Positions 17,701-27,559 of a DNA stretch of 64,000 nucleotides are shown here, one piece after another; position 1 is the stretch's first letter; every line of letters starts with the position of its first letter. Source of the stretch: an uncultured Candidatus Saccharibacteria bacterium (GTDB lineage Bacteria; Patescibacteriota; Minisyncoccia; Phycocordibacterales; CAIRYW01); contig CAYUPH010000001.1 of the NCBI GenBank assembly GCA_964446625.1, forward strand, positions 6,283 through 70,282, given 5' to 3'. The translations under genes were made by a program, and so were the position numbers. Under the pieces are notes generated by a model. It was given only the letters and a program-made list of their open reading frames with translations. It was not told the origin of the DNA and did not search any database.

Positions 17701-17737
17701 AAAACAAAAGGCCCCGCTACGCGGGGCCTTTTGTTTT
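17701..17737. terminator. Bidirectional terminator
   Basis: AAAACAAAAGGCCCCGC-tac-GCGGGGCCTTTTGTTTT. Confidence 0.85.
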
Positions 17738-19131
17738 TAAAACTCTAGTTCTATACTCTCCCCTGACTCTGGGTGGTAAGCATCAAGACCAAGGTTGTCC
17801 TTTACCTTTTGACAGAGAAAGAGTGCGGACTTTGGTTCTCCCATGACTGGAAAAACTTTCTTGAGAGTGTCTTTTGAAGTTGCAATAAATTCTACCAAGT
17901 GGTCAGAGTCCTTGTGTGACGAGTATCCATCAATTTTCTCAAGAAATGCTTTCACATGAATATCTGCGCCATAAATTCGGATATGCTTTTCTCCATCTTC
18001 GATTCTTCTTCCAAGGGTCCCGAGCGACTGGTATCCAATAAGAAGGAGTGTGCTTTTTTTGTCTCCAAGGTAGTTCGCTTCATGGTGGAGAATTCGTCCA
18101 CCGTTGGACATGCCGGATCCGGCAATAATAATCTTTGGATTTGGAATGTTTATAATTTCTTTTGAATCATCAGAAGACTCAGTAAGGCGTAGCCCTGGAA
18201 AATCAAATATGTCTTCTATTTTCATTTCGTCCCCTGCTTTCTTGTTAAAGTTTGCCGACGAGTCGCGATAGATTTCAGTCACTTTTATTGAAAGAGGTGA
18301 ATCAAGAAAAACAGGGACTCTTGGTATTTCTCCTTTTTCAATAAGCTCATTTAGTTCATACAAAATCACCTGTGTCTTTTCTAAAGAAAAAGCAGGTATA
18401 AGCAGAGCTCCTCCTCTTTTTATAGCATCCCCTACAATTCTTTTTAACTTAAATCGTCTTTCATCATTGTCTTCATGATTCCTGTCTCCATACACACTTT
18501 CAAGCACCAGGTATGTAGCACCTGTAATTGGCTCAGTATCTCGCAGAAGTGGTGTTGGGCTGTTTCCTAGATCTCCTGTAAAAACAATCTTCTTGCCGTT
18601 GTACATGATTTCGTACATAGCAGAACCCAAAATGTGCCCTGCATCTTTTACAAAGATTTTAAAACCTCCATGAAGTTCAAAAGATTCTCCATACTGAACA
18701 TCTTGCCAAAGAGTTTTCATAACCTCGATATCCACCATTTCAAAAAGATGTGGAATTCCCCTCTCTGCCTCATCTCGCATCATCAGACGCATTGAATCTT
18801 CAAGCATAATTGGAGCAAGGCGCCTTGTCTCGGGAGTTGAAAATATTTTTCCTCTAAAACCATCGCGCACTAGCTTTGGAATAAGTCCTACATGGTCAAT
18901 ATGTGCATGAGTAACAAGAAGATAGTTTATACTCGCGGGATCAAAGATAAAAGGCTTTCTGTTATAGTCCTCTGCTGTGCGAGTTCCCTGCTCCATACCA
19001 CAGTCAATAAGGAGTTTTACTTTTCTCCCCGGGTCTTCCTCAAAGTTTTCAACAAGAAAGTTTGCACCTGTTACTGTGGAAACTCCTCCGCAAAAAGTGA
19101 CTTTTAATTTTTTTGTTTTTATTTCACTCAT
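17737..19131 (-). CDS. MBL-fold beta-CASP ribonuclease (CPSF73/YSH1-like)
   Basis: LIDCG, THAHIDHVG, AGHILGSA, FTGDLG, ESVYGDRNH, AGSGMSNGGRILHH, YSSHKD. Confidence 0.93.
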   Translation of the reverse strand: MSEIKTKKLKVTFCGGVSTVTGANFLVENFEEDPGRKVKLLIDCGMEQGTRTAEDYNRKPFIFDPASINYLLVTHAHIDHVGLIPKLVRDGFRGKIFSTPETRRLAPIMLEDSMRLMMRDEAERGIPHLFEMVDIEVMKTLWQDVQYGESFELHGGFKIFVKDAGHILGSAMYEIMYNGKKIVFTGDLGNSPTPLLRDTEPITGATYLVLESVYGDRNHEDNDERRFKLKRIVGDAIKRGGALLIPAFSLEKTQVILYELNELIEKGEIPRVPVFLDSPLSIKVTEIYRDSSANFNKKAGDEMKIEDIFDFPGLRLTESSDDSKEIINIPNPKIIIAGSGMSNGGRILHHEANYLGDKKSTLLLIGYQSLGTLGRRIEDGEKHIRIYGADIHVKAFLEKIDGYSSHKDSDHLVEFIATSKDTLKKVFPVMGEPKSALFLCQKVKDNLGLDAYHPESGESIELEF

Positions 19132-19499
19132 GTTTTTTGTATGTAACGAGCTCCCATAAATGCTCCTGCACTATCTAATACTAAATCAAGAAGTGTGTCT
19201 CCGAGGTAGCCAGGATCACTAAAGTGAACCATTGCTGTACCTAGCTCAAAAAACTCCCAAAGCACTCCAACAAAAAGCGTAAAAAGAACGAGAAGGAATG
19301 TTCTTCTCTGCCCTAGAGTTTTGCCTATGAAAAGGAAAATACCAAGTGAAACAATAGCACCTCCTGCAAAGTGACTGACCGCATCCACCCAATCTGTTGT
19401 CCAATAAAGGTAGAGCTTGATTGCAATAAAATTCCAAACAAAGAGAAAAGTCGAAAGAAGAAAAAGAGGAAAAATAACTTTTTTTTGCTGTGTGAGCAT
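19128..19499 (-). CDS. Small integral membrane protein (DUF2238/VanZ-like motif pattern)
   Basis: Four TMs with DAVSHFAGG, GVLWEFFE, DTLLDL. Confidence 0.7.
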   Translation of the reverse strand: MLTQQKKVIFPLFLLSTFLFVWNFIAIKLYLYWTTDWVDAVSHFAGGAIVSLGIFLFIGKTLGQRRTFLLVLFTLFVGVLWEFFELGTAMVHFSDPGYLGDTLLDLVLDSAGAFMGARYIQKT

Positions 19500-19565
19500 T
19501 GTCTATTTATTATACAAGTAATTTTCTTAAACAAAAAACTACTCTTTGTGAGAGTAGCTCTTTGG

Positions 19566-19690
19566 TAGGTTTTCGGGCTAGTATTGCTCCTAACTAAACA
19601 TTAGGTGGGTGTCCCCGACTCAGTGCCAAAGCAAAGAGAAAGTAGAACTCCCTGACAATACCAAATTAAGGCAATACACCCTAAAACCTA
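19566..19690 (-). ncRNA. ssrS: 6S RNA-like, unusually short (about 125 nt)
   Basis: Rod closed by TAGGTTTT/AAAACCTA and GTATTGC/GCAATAC, with the 6S core GGGAGTTC...GGACACCCACCT; TACAAT -10 at 19696-19701; terminator CTACTCT/AGAGTAG-TTTTTT downstream. Confidence 0.75.
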
Positions 19691-19737
19691 ACATTATTGT
19701 ACCGCAAAAAAATAAAAGTAAAAGTGCGCAGACAAAA

Positions 19738-19774
19738 ACAAAACACATTCGACCAGAGGTCGAATGTGTTTTGT
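19738..19774 (-). terminator. Terminator of ndk
   Basis: ACAAAACACATTCGACC-aga-GGTCGAATGTGTTTTGT. Confidence 0.8.
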
Positions 19775-19796
19775 AAAAGACCTTGAAAAATAATCT

Positions 19797-20402
19797 TTAT
19801 TCGAGAATTCCATCTAGATTTACATCATAGAGGATTGCTTCTGAAACGAGACGATAGCTTACAATCTCCTTTTCATCAAACCAAAGTGCGATTTCTTTCT
19901 TCGCATTTTCTACTTCATCTGAACAGTGAATAAGGTTTCGGACCGCTCTGTCATCAACAGCAGAGATATTGTAAGAGTCCAAAGTAAAGTCCCCTCGGAT
20001 TGTTCCAACATCACTTGTCTTTGGTTCAGTTTCACCAACGATTTTCTTTACAACAGCAACCGCTTCGTTTCCTTCAAGGACAATAGAAACAACTGGGCAA
20101 GAAGTCATAAACTTCTCAAGCGCCCTAATAATATCTTTTCCGTACTCAATTGGTTCCTTGTCGACAGGTAGCCCTGAAGCATTTCGATCGTTTACGATGT
20201 TTGTTCCTTTTTTAAGAAACCATGCATCATCTTTGTCATAATGCTTCCAGATTTTATCTTTGTCTAAAATACCAAACTTAAGACCAACAATCTTAAGTCC
20301 TGCTCTCTCAAATCTTTTTAGGATTTCACCAACAAGTCCCCTCTGGATACCGTCGGGTTTAATGATGACGAAAGTCCTCTCTTTTTTTGGGTGATTATCC
20401 AT
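19797..20402 (-). CDS. ndk: Nucleoside diphosphate kinase (long form)
   Basis: ERTFVIIKPDGIQRGLVGEI, GTIRGDF, RNLIHCSD. Confidence 0.96.
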   Translation of the reverse strand: MDNHPKKERTFVIIKPDGIQRGLVGEILKRFERAGLKIVGLKFGILDKDKIWKHYDKDDAWFLKKGTNIVNDRNASGLPVDKEPIEYGKDIIRALEKFMTSCPVVSIVLEGNEAVAVVKKIVGETEPKTSDVGTIRGDFTLDSYNISAVDDRAVRNLIHCSDEVENAKKEIALWFDEKEIVSYRLVSEAILYDVNLDGILE

Positions 20403-20470
20403 AAAAATTAGGTTTTTTATTAAATACTAGCACCTCGAGTATACAATATTTACCTTAAAAATCAACCCTT

Positions 20471-23257
20471 TTAGAGAGGTGTCTCGAGAGAACGAGGAGG
20501 CTCGGGTGCTGGCTTTTTGTAACGCGACATAATCTCATCTTCAACAAGAAGTCGGTCTTTTCCGTAACGAAGATAAGAGAGTTCTTTAATTTTTGGTGCA
20601 ATCTCGGGCATTCCTTTTTCTGGAGGAAGGGTGTGCATGCTAAAAGGACGTAGTGGCTTTCCGTGTGAGAGTAAACGAATAAAACACTGTCTATTGTCGA
20701 GATTCATAAGGTCTGTTTCGCTAAAGACTGGCTCAAACTGTTTCTTTAGAAACTCACTATCCTCCGCTCCCACCCTAAAAGCGGCGACCGATCCGACGTT
20801 TCCAAACACAGCGTCTTTTATTTTCTCATCTAGTTGAGCAATAAATTGGTGCGCAACCGTAAGTGAAAGACCGTATTTTCGCGCTTCCGAGAGAATATCT
20901 GAAATAGAGCTTGTTGTAATATTTTGAAACTCGTCCATAAAAAGATAAAACGGTGGTAGACTTTGTCCGAATGAATCCACTCTTGAGAGAGCTGCCATCA
21001 GGATTTTGCCTACAAGAATAAGTCCGAGCAGATTAGCATTTATTTCGCCGAGGCGACCTTTCGAAAGATTTACAAGAAAAATCTTTTTGGTATCCATGAT
21101 TTCCCGGAGGTTAAAGGCAGATTCTTCTTGGAGCACGATAGTTCGCATGACATCATTTGAAAGAAAGACATCAAACTTGTTTGTAATGTACGGCACCATG
21201 TTCTGAAGCGAAGACTCCCCTCCTGCTTTTTCGGCAATCTCTCTCCAAAACTGTACAACAAGAGGGTTTTTACATGTAGAAAGTTTTTCGTTACGAAATT
21301 CTTTTGACGAAAGAACGCGCATTACCTCAAGAAGAGTGTTTCCTGACTCTGGAGAATCCATAACAAGTTGAACCGAGTTACGGAAATACTGCTCAAACAT
21401 TGGTCCTCCTGCAACTTTCATGTCAAAAAGCTTATTGAAAATAGAAAGAAGTTCGTTCACCACAAAAGTCTTTTGTTCAGGAAACGCCGGATCATACTCA
21501 AGCATATTGAGACCCATTGGTCTTGCTGAATGTCCTGGATCAAAATAAATAACATCATTTATTCTCTCTTTTGGAATAGCTGCGAGTATGTCATTTATGT
21601 CACTTCCGTGCGGATCGATAAAACACACCCCGTCCCCTGCTTTTATATCTTGAATAATCATGTTTTTAAGGAGTGTTGTCTTTCCTGTTCCTGTTTGTCC
21701 AATCACATACATATGACGGAGTCTATCTTCTGGAAGCATACGAACAACTGTTGTCGTATTTCTATCTGCATTGATTCCGAGCGTAACACCGCTTTCAGGA
21801 AGACCAACAGGCGCCGGTGCAGACGCTGAAGTAGCAACACGCAGATGAGGAGAGGACTCAATATTGTCTGGAAAGTGAACAATTGTCGTGATCTCACGAA
21901 TCGAGAGAGGAATGCTTTCAGATTTTACTGGTGCTCTGTATGAAAATGCACGAGCAAAATGAAACTTGCTTTCCCCTTCGACTTTGTGCCACTTGAATTT
22001 ATTTCCAGTTGTTTTTTCAAACTGAGAAAAAGAAACTTTAATGCTTTCAAAAATATCATGGGCTCGTTCATAGGTTTTTGCTGAAGCAACAATACGGATT
22101 GCTGCGTGACAAAGAGGAGTTGCGATTTTCTGTTTTACTTCTTCAATAAGCGCACCATTATTTTCTGGTTTTTTCTCAGAAGACGAAGTCCCTCCGGGCA
22201 TAATCATCTCTTTTGCAGCTCCGAGAAAAATATCTTTTACTGTTTTCCCAAAATAACCTGCAAAACTGTGTCTCATATCGAGAGCCTCCTTCGGTTTAAT
22301 GCCGGCTTCAAGTTTCTTTAAAGCGTCCTTATAACTCCATAGAAAGTCTCCCTTTTCAGGTTCAAGAACAATCTGAAGGGCGGCACCTTCAGTGTCTTTC
22401 TCAAGCTTTGAGAATGCATTTAAAATAATGTTCAGCGGATCGTAGTCAAAGGCATCATAGGTTTTAATGGGAAAGATAGAATTTTCGTGGAGAGTCGCGA
22501 AACCGCATACGAACTCACCTCCGTAGTTAAATATGTTGTAGTCGTCTTTTCTTTCGAAAATCTTTACATCAGGAAAAACAGAGATTATCTGTTTTTCAAA
22601 TAAATCTTTTTTTGTATCAGGAACGGACACATAAAAAGCTGTTTCCTTGTCACCCTCAGGGTTTGCGACCTCTATGGAAAAATAATTTCTATCCTCTTTT
22701 TCTCCAGTAGCACCAATTAGTCCCATATAAAACTGCTCCATCATAGTCAAAACTTCTTTAAGTGGTTTTTCCTTTTCGTCAGGTTTTTTTAATGGAAACG
22801 ATACTTCAAAAAGAGTATGCCTCAATGCTTTTTTATCAGAGACAGGAATACTTTCTGAAGAAGAGCCATACCCGCTTTTGACATACTGGACCAGAAAGCG
22901 ATGAAAATCATCTTCGAGGTGGGGGTTTTTGAAATGCGCCAAAATTGTTAGAGCGTTTTTAATACCCTTTTCTTCCAGAACCCCAAAAAGTTCTTCAATT
23001 TTTTTATCATGTGTTTCGGGGGTAAGCTCGAGGACAATTTCCTTTGCATGATTTTCCATTACCCGCTGCCCCTTTGGAATAATGTCCTCTGGAAGTGCTG
23101 CATAACTGCGAATTTCATCCCGAATAATACTATCTGTGTTTACCTCAGAAAAATTTCTGCGTGCTTTTTCTTCGCTTTGTTTCACTCGCTCTCTAAGGTA
23201 CTCTATCTCTTCCGAAGGAGAACCAAATTCTTTTTGAAGGTTTTTTTCGTTAAGCAT
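20471..23257 (-). CDS. VirD4/TraG/HerA-like P-loop ATPase with long N-terminal domain
   Basis: RHMYVIGQTGTGKTT, FIDPHG, FMDEFQN, SEARKYGLSLTVAHQFIAQL, AVFGNVGS. Confidence 0.9.
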   Translation of the reverse strand: MLNEKNLQKEFGSPSEEIEYLRERVKQSEEKARRNFSEVNTDSIIRDEIRSYAALPEDIIPKGQRVMENHAKEIVLELTPETHDKKIEELFGVLEEKGIKNALTILAHFKNPHLEDDFHRFLVQYVKSGYGSSSESIPVSDKKALRHTLFEVSFPLKKPDEKEKPLKEVLTMMEQFYMGLIGATGEKEDRNYFSIEVANPEGDKETAFYVSVPDTKKDLFEKQIISVFPDVKIFERKDDYNIFNYGGEFVCGFATLHENSIFPIKTYDAFDYDPLNIILNAFSKLEKDTEGAALQIVLEPEKGDFLWSYKDALKKLEAGIKPKEALDMRHSFAGYFGKTVKDIFLGAAKEMIMPGGTSSSEKKPENNGALIEEVKQKIATPLCHAAIRIVASAKTYERAHDIFESIKVSFSQFEKTTGNKFKWHKVEGESKFHFARAFSYRAPVKSESIPLSIREITTIVHFPDNIESSPHLRVATSASAPAPVGLPESGVTLGINADRNTTTVVRMLPEDRLRHMYVIGQTGTGKTTLLKNMIIQDIKAGDGVCFIDPHGSDINDILAAIPKERINDVIYFDPGHSARPMGLNMLEYDPAFPEQKTFVVNELLSIFNKLFDMKVAGGPMFEQYFRNSVQLVMDSPESGNTLLEVMRVLSSKEFRNEKLSTCKNPLVVQFWREIAEKAGGESSLQNMVPYITNKFDVFLSNDVMRTIVLQEESAFNLREIMDTKKIFLVNLSKGRLGEINANLLGLILVGKILMAALSRVDSFGQSLPPFYLFMDEFQNITTSSISDILSEARKYGLSLTVAHQFIAQLDEKIKDAVFGNVGSVAAFRVGAEDSEFLKKQFEPVFSETDLMNLDNRQCFIRLLSHGKPLRPFSMHTLPPEKGMPEIAPKIKELSYLRYGKDRLLVEDEIMSRYKKPAPEPPRSLETPL

Positions 23258-23259
23258 TT

Positions 23260-23805
23260 TTATCGCTCTAAAGGTTCAAAGGTGTTTGCAATCTTTTGAA
23301 GGAAAGCATCTTTAGCACTTTTGATTTGTCCTAAAATCTGAGAACCAACTCTGTAGCCAAAATTTTCATCGCTTTCTTCATTTTCTTTTTTTGGATTTAC
23401 AGCGTACTCATATTCTGGAAGATTGTTTTTTCTACTCATATAAACTGAGGCAACAACTTGACCGAGTGACTCACCGAGTAAATCAGCACTGCTTACAGTT
23501 TGATCTACAAAAGCAGTAACTCCTTTCCCTGTTGTTAAAATACTGTGGAATCCAATACTGAGTGCGTCTCCAAAGAGCCCACCTACTTCTATTGTCCTCT
23601 CCACTCCTAAAGAGAAAAGTGGTGAGAAAAAAGTAAGGGCTCCTTTTGGTAATTCATTGATTTTAGAATCCTTCATAAATGAATGAGAATTGTCAGAGGA
23701 AAATGCTTTTCTCTCTGCTTTAAAAGAAAAAAAAGATCTTGCACTAATAACTGTAGTGAGAAGAAAAATAAATATCAAAAATAAAGACATAAGTCTCTGT
23801 GCCAT
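23260..23805 (-). CDS. Hypothetical membrane-anchored protein
   Basis: N-terminal hydrophobic helix; 2 bp upstream of the ATPase start; extended -10 six bases before ATG. Confidence 0.7.
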   Translation of the reverse strand: MAQRLMSLFLIFIFLLTTVISARSFFSFKAERKAFSSDNSHSFMKDSKINELPKGALTFFSPLFSLGVERTIEVGGLFGDALSIGFHSILTTGKGVTAFVDQTVSSADLLGESLGQVVASVYMSRKNNLPEYEYAVNPKKENEESDENFGYRVGSQILGQIKSAKDAFLQKIANTFEPLER

Positions 23806-23855
23806 AAAATAATTTTAGCACACAATTTTCGAGTTTAGTGCAAAAAAGTGGAAAA

Positions 23856-24623
23856 TTACTTTGTCATTATGACAGGACCCTTCTTTGTAATGAGCACAGT
23901 ATGCTCAAAGTGAGCACTTCGCTTTCCGTCAGCAGTAACGAAAGTATATCCATCACCAAGCATTCGAACTTTTGAAGTTCCTTCATTTAGCATTGGCTCA
24001 ATTGCAATAAGCATTCCTTCCGTGAGAACCTTTCCTTGTCCTCTCATATCAAAGTTTGGAACAAACGGATCATCATGCGGAGAAAAGCCGAGTCCGTGTC
24101 CTCCTAGATCATCCGCAACAGGAAAACCGTACTTCAGAGCCACCTTCTCCACAGCAGCGCCAATGTCTCCTGTTCGTTTTCCGAGCTTTGCAGCCTTAAT
24201 ACCAGCCATTAAAGCCTCTTTTGTAGCCTTTAAGAGGAGTTTAGCAGCGTCATCAACCTTTCCTACCGGTACTGTAATCGCAGAGTCAGTGTAAATACCC
24301 TCAAAACAAACCCCTGTGTCGAGAGACACAATATCTCCTTCTTTTAAAACTCGGGGCTTCTCGTTTGGAATCCCATGAACTACTTCGTTATTTATAGAAA
24401 TGCATGTTGCAGCAGGAAACGCTCGTCTAGCCCCACTTGGAGTGTAACCCAAAAACGCAGGCTTTGCTCCTGCTTTTTGAATTATATCCCTTGCAACCTC
24501 TTCTAGTGTCAAAGTTGAAACCCCTGGCTTTGCAAGACTTTTTAGTTTACTCAAGACAGAAACCAAAATCTGTCCGCTCTTTTTTAGAGACTTTAAATGT
24601 TTTATTTCAGTTAAAGTTGCCAT
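23856..24623 (-). CDS. map: Methionine aminopeptidase type I
   Basis: CISINNEVVHGIP, GHGLG, IAIEPM, SAHFEHT. Confidence 0.97.
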   Translation of the reverse strand: MATLTEIKHLKSLKKSGQILVSVLSKLKSLAKPGVSTLTLEEVARDIIQKAGAKPAFLGYTPSGARRAFPAATCISINNEVVHGIPNEKPRVLKEGDIVSLDTGVCFEGIYTDSAITVPVGKVDDAAKLLLKATKEALMAGIKAAKLGKRTGDIGAAVEKVALKYGFPVADDLGGHGLGFSPHDDPFVPNFDMRGQGKVLTEGMLIAIEPMLNEGTSKVRMLGDGYTFVTADGKRSAHFEHTVLITKKGPVIMTK

Positions 24624-24624
24624 G

Positions 24625-25248
24625 TTAGTTTTCGAAAACTTTTGAGAGAAGTTCTCTGTGTACTTCTTCGATAGTCTGCTCTCCGTTTACTTCATGAAAA
24701 CTTACTCTCCGGTCTGTTTTGTACGCTTCTATTACTTTTGCTACAAAATTTTCGTACCAGAACATTCGTTTCGCAATTGCATCCTGTGAATCATCACTTC
24801 TTCCCTCTTTTGCTGCTCTTTTTAAAAGTTTGTCTGTTGCCCATTCTGTTGAAACAGAGAGGTAAACGACGTGAACTTTCTCAAAATCAAAAATACAGTT
24901 CTCTCCGTAAAAATGGTGGATAGTATCTAAAATTTCTTTTTCCGCGAGAGTACGAGGTGAGCCGTCGATTATCATATAACTACCTTTTGTATAGTCACGA
25001 GCTATGACAGTAGACCACATCATTGATGCAAGAAAAGAAGGAACGAAGTCTCCTCGCTCAACAATTTCTTTTACCCTCTCCCCTGTGTATGTTGGTGAAG
25101 AGATTAGTTTACGAAACTCTTCTCCAGTCGAAACATATGTAATTCCCGCTTCAGCGTTTTCTTTTCGAAGATGCTCCATAAGAAGCGAGGTTTGCGTTCC
25201 TTTTCCACATCCGCTACGTCCGAGGAAAATAAAGAGCCTCTCCTTCAT
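24625..25248 (-). CDS. adk: Adenylate kinase (short LID)
   Basis: GRSGCGKGTQ, STGEEFR, DGSPR, GRSDD; after secY. Confidence 0.9.
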   Translation of the reverse strand: MKERLFIFLGRSGCGKGTQTSLLMEHLRKENAEAGITYVSTGEEFRKLISSPTYTGERVKEIVERGDFVPSFLASMMWSTVIARDYTKGSYMIIDGSPRTLAEKEILDTIHHFYGENCIFDFEKVHVVYLSVSTEWATDKLLKRAAKEGRSDDSQDAIAKRMFWYENFVAKVIEAYKTDRRVSFHEVNGEQTIEEVHRELLSKVFEN

Positions 25249-25249
25249 T

Positions 25250-26524
25250 TTAGTATTCTCGCATTGAGATTTGCGCGTCTATCTTTTTAACTAGATCGAT
25301 AACTACTGAAACGACGATAAGGAGAGCTGTACCACCAATTGCAAGTGAGCTTACTCCAGAGACACCTCGCATGATTTGAGGAAGTACTGCAATGAGTCCT
25401 AAAAAGACTGCGCCTACCATTGTAATTCGTGTAATAATTTTTCCAATATATTCTGCTGTTGCCATTCCTGGTCTTACTCCTGGTACGAACGCACCATTTT
25501 TTTGAAGATTATCGGCAATATTTTTTGGATCGAAAGTAACAGCTGTGTAGAAATAAGTAAAGATAAAAACGAGAAGGAAGTAGAGAGCTGCATACACCCA
25601 AGGGTTAGCAAGAAGAGTAAGGAGTGTATCTGCAATTCCTTTAAGAGCTGGAAAAGACGCGCCTGTTGAAAGAAATTGTAGGATCATTTGAGGAAACAAA
25701 AGAAGCGAAAGAGCGAAAATGATTGGAATCACTCCTGCTTGGTTTAGTCGAAGTGGAATGTAAGTTGAAATTCCTCCAAACACTCGGTTTCCTCGAACCC
25801 TCTTTGCATATGTTACTGGAACTGGTCTTTCTGCTTCTGTAATGAAAACAACTCCAAGGATCACCACAAGTGCAATAACCACGAACGCGGCGTAGAAAGG
25901 AATTTTTGATGGATCATATGAGTAGATAGACTGAGCGATTCCAGTTGGAATTGCTGCTACGATACCAGCAAAGATAATAAGTGATGTTCCGTTTCCGATA
26001 CCAAATTCGCTAATAAGTTCTCCAATCCACATAAGGAGAACTGAACCTGCAGTTGCAACAATAACACTCACCACAAGATCAAAAGAAGAAAGTGTTGAAA
26101 GTGCCCCCTGTTTCTCTAGGAGAACAATAAATCCCCACGCCTGAAGCGCAGCAAGTGGTACAGAAAGAAAACGAGTGTATTGAGAGAACTTTCTTCGTCC
26201 AATCTCCCCTTCTTCTTGATACATCTTTTTTAGATTATCAAAAACCATAGAAAGAAGCTGCATAATGATTGACGCGTTGATGTAAGGACCCACTCCAAGC
26301 ATCACAATTGATAGAGTTGAAAGTCCTCCTCCAGAAAACAGGTTGATAAGCCCAAACACTTGATTGCTTGCAAAAAATCTTGCAAGAGCTGCGCTGTCCG
26401 CGCCAGGAATAGGAATAGCAGAAAGAAGTCTAAAGAAAGCGAGCGCAAGCAAAGTAAAAATTATCCTGCGTCTCAAAGCCGGGTCCTGAAGAACCAATTT
26501 TGCTTTCTCTATAAATGTTGTCAT
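25250..26524 (-). CDS. secY: Preprotein translocase SecY
   Basis: LGVGPYINASIIMQLL, GIGNGTSLIIFAGI, NQAGVIPIIFA, GGTALLIVV. Confidence 0.98.
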   Translation of the reverse strand: MTTFIEKAKLVLQDPALRRRIIFTLLALAFFRLLSAIPIPGADSAALARFFASNQVFGLINLFSGGGLSTLSIVMLGVGPYINASIIMQLLSMVFDNLKKMYQEEGEIGRRKFSQYTRFLSVPLAALQAWGFIVLLEKQGALSTLSSFDLVVSVIVATAGSVLLMWIGELISEFGIGNGTSLIIFAGIVAAIPTGIAQSIYSYDPSKIPFYAAFVVIALVVILGVVFITEAERPVPVTYAKRVRGNRVFGGISTYIPLRLNQAGVIPIIFALSLLLFPQMILQFLSTGASFPALKGIADTLLTLLANPWVYAALYFLLVFIFTYFYTAVTFDPKNIADNLQKNGAFVPGVRPGMATAEYIGKIITRITMVGAVFLGLIAVLPQIMRGVSGVSSLAIGGTALLIVVSVVIDLVKKIDAQISMREY

Positions 26525-26534
26525 AGTAACTATA

Positions 26535-26963
26535 TTATTTTACTTCTCCTCCTGAAGCAACTACCGCTTTCTTTGCAGATTCTGAAAGTTTAACTCCAGT
26601 GAAGGTAAGCTTTTTTGAAAATGATGTATCTTTTCCAGATGACACTATCTTCGCGTCTTGTCCTTTTTTGATAAGACCTTTTTCAATAAGAGTCTTAAGA
26701 GAAACTTCGTTTCCATTTTCAAATGTTTCTCCGATTTTAGAAATGTTTAGTGTTACTGCTTTTTCTCCAATTCGATTAAAAGCGTATCCTCTAAGTTTTG
26801 GAAGTTTTTTGATGATGTCTCGCATTTCAGGTCTAAGTTTTCGTCCAGCTCTCGCTTTCTGTCCTTTTGTTCCTCGTCCTGCTGTTTTTCCTCTCTTTCC
26901 TCCTCGGCCAACAGACTGAGACTTTTTGTTTTCGGTTTTTCGTTTTAGGTTATGTTTCTGCAT
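26535..26963 (-). CDS. rplO: 50S ribosomal protein uL15
   Basis: VGRGGKRGKTAGRGTKGQKARAG, KLPKLRG. Confidence 0.96.
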   Translation of the reverse strand: MQKHNLKRKTENKKSQSVGRGGKRGKTAGRGTKGQKARAGRKLRPEMRDIIKKLPKLRGYAFNRIGEKAVTLNISKIGETFENGNEVSLKTLIEKGLIKKGQDAKIVSSGKDTSFSKKLTFTGVKLSESAKKAVVASGGEVK

Positions 26964-26966
26964 GGC

Positions 26967-27554
26967 TTATTTCTTAGCTTTTAGACTACCAAGAGCTTTG
27001 ATTGTTGCTCTTGCAATGTTTAGTTTGTTTTTTGTTGGAGCTCTAAGCTTTGCGTTTACATCTTTGATTCCAGCAAGCTCAATCACATCTCGGGCTGCAG
27101 ATCCTGCTACAAGTCCTTTTCCTTTTGCCGGCATAATGTGAACTCTCGCACTTTTCTCTTTTGCAAAAACTTCGTGAGCAATAGACATTGTTTTTGTGAG
27201 AGGAATTAGAACCGCGTTTTTCTTTGCTGCCTTGTACGCTTTTTCAATTGCAAGAGCAGTGTCTCCCGCTTTTCCAGTTGCAACACCTACTGATCCTTTG
27301 TGATTTCCAACAACCATTGCAACAGAGAAACTAAATCGTCGTCCTCCTGAAGATACTCGAGTCACTCGTCTTATATCAACAATTCGCTGATCAAATTCTG
27401 GTTTTACTCTTGGTTCTTTCTTTGGTCGTCTGTCTGAAGGTTTACCACCTCGAACATTTCGTGATCGTCCTCGAACTGAAGACTCCTCAGTTGTTTCCTC
27501 AGTTGTAGCTACCACACCTTCTGTTTGAATTTTTGTTGTATCTTCGTTTGCCAT
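26967..27554 (-). CDS. rpsE: 30S ribosomal protein uS5
   Basis: RRVTRVSSGGRRFSFS, GKGLVAG. Confidence 0.97.
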   Translation of the reverse strand: MANEDTTKIQTEGVVATTEETTEESSVRGRSRNVRGGKPSDRRPKKEPRVKPEFDQRIVDIRRVTRVSSGGRRFSFSVAMVVGNHKGSVGVATGKAGDTALAIEKAYKAAKKNAVLIPLTKTMSIAHEVFAKEKSARVHIMPAKGKGLVAGSAARDVIELAGIKDVNAKLRAPTKNKLNIARATIKALGSLKAKK

Positions 27555-27559
27555 ATATA

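Noticed and set aside
20471-23257. Conjugative element
   Set aside because: No relaxase, VirB4/VirB6, integrase or composition shift nearby; the flanking genes are housekeeping.
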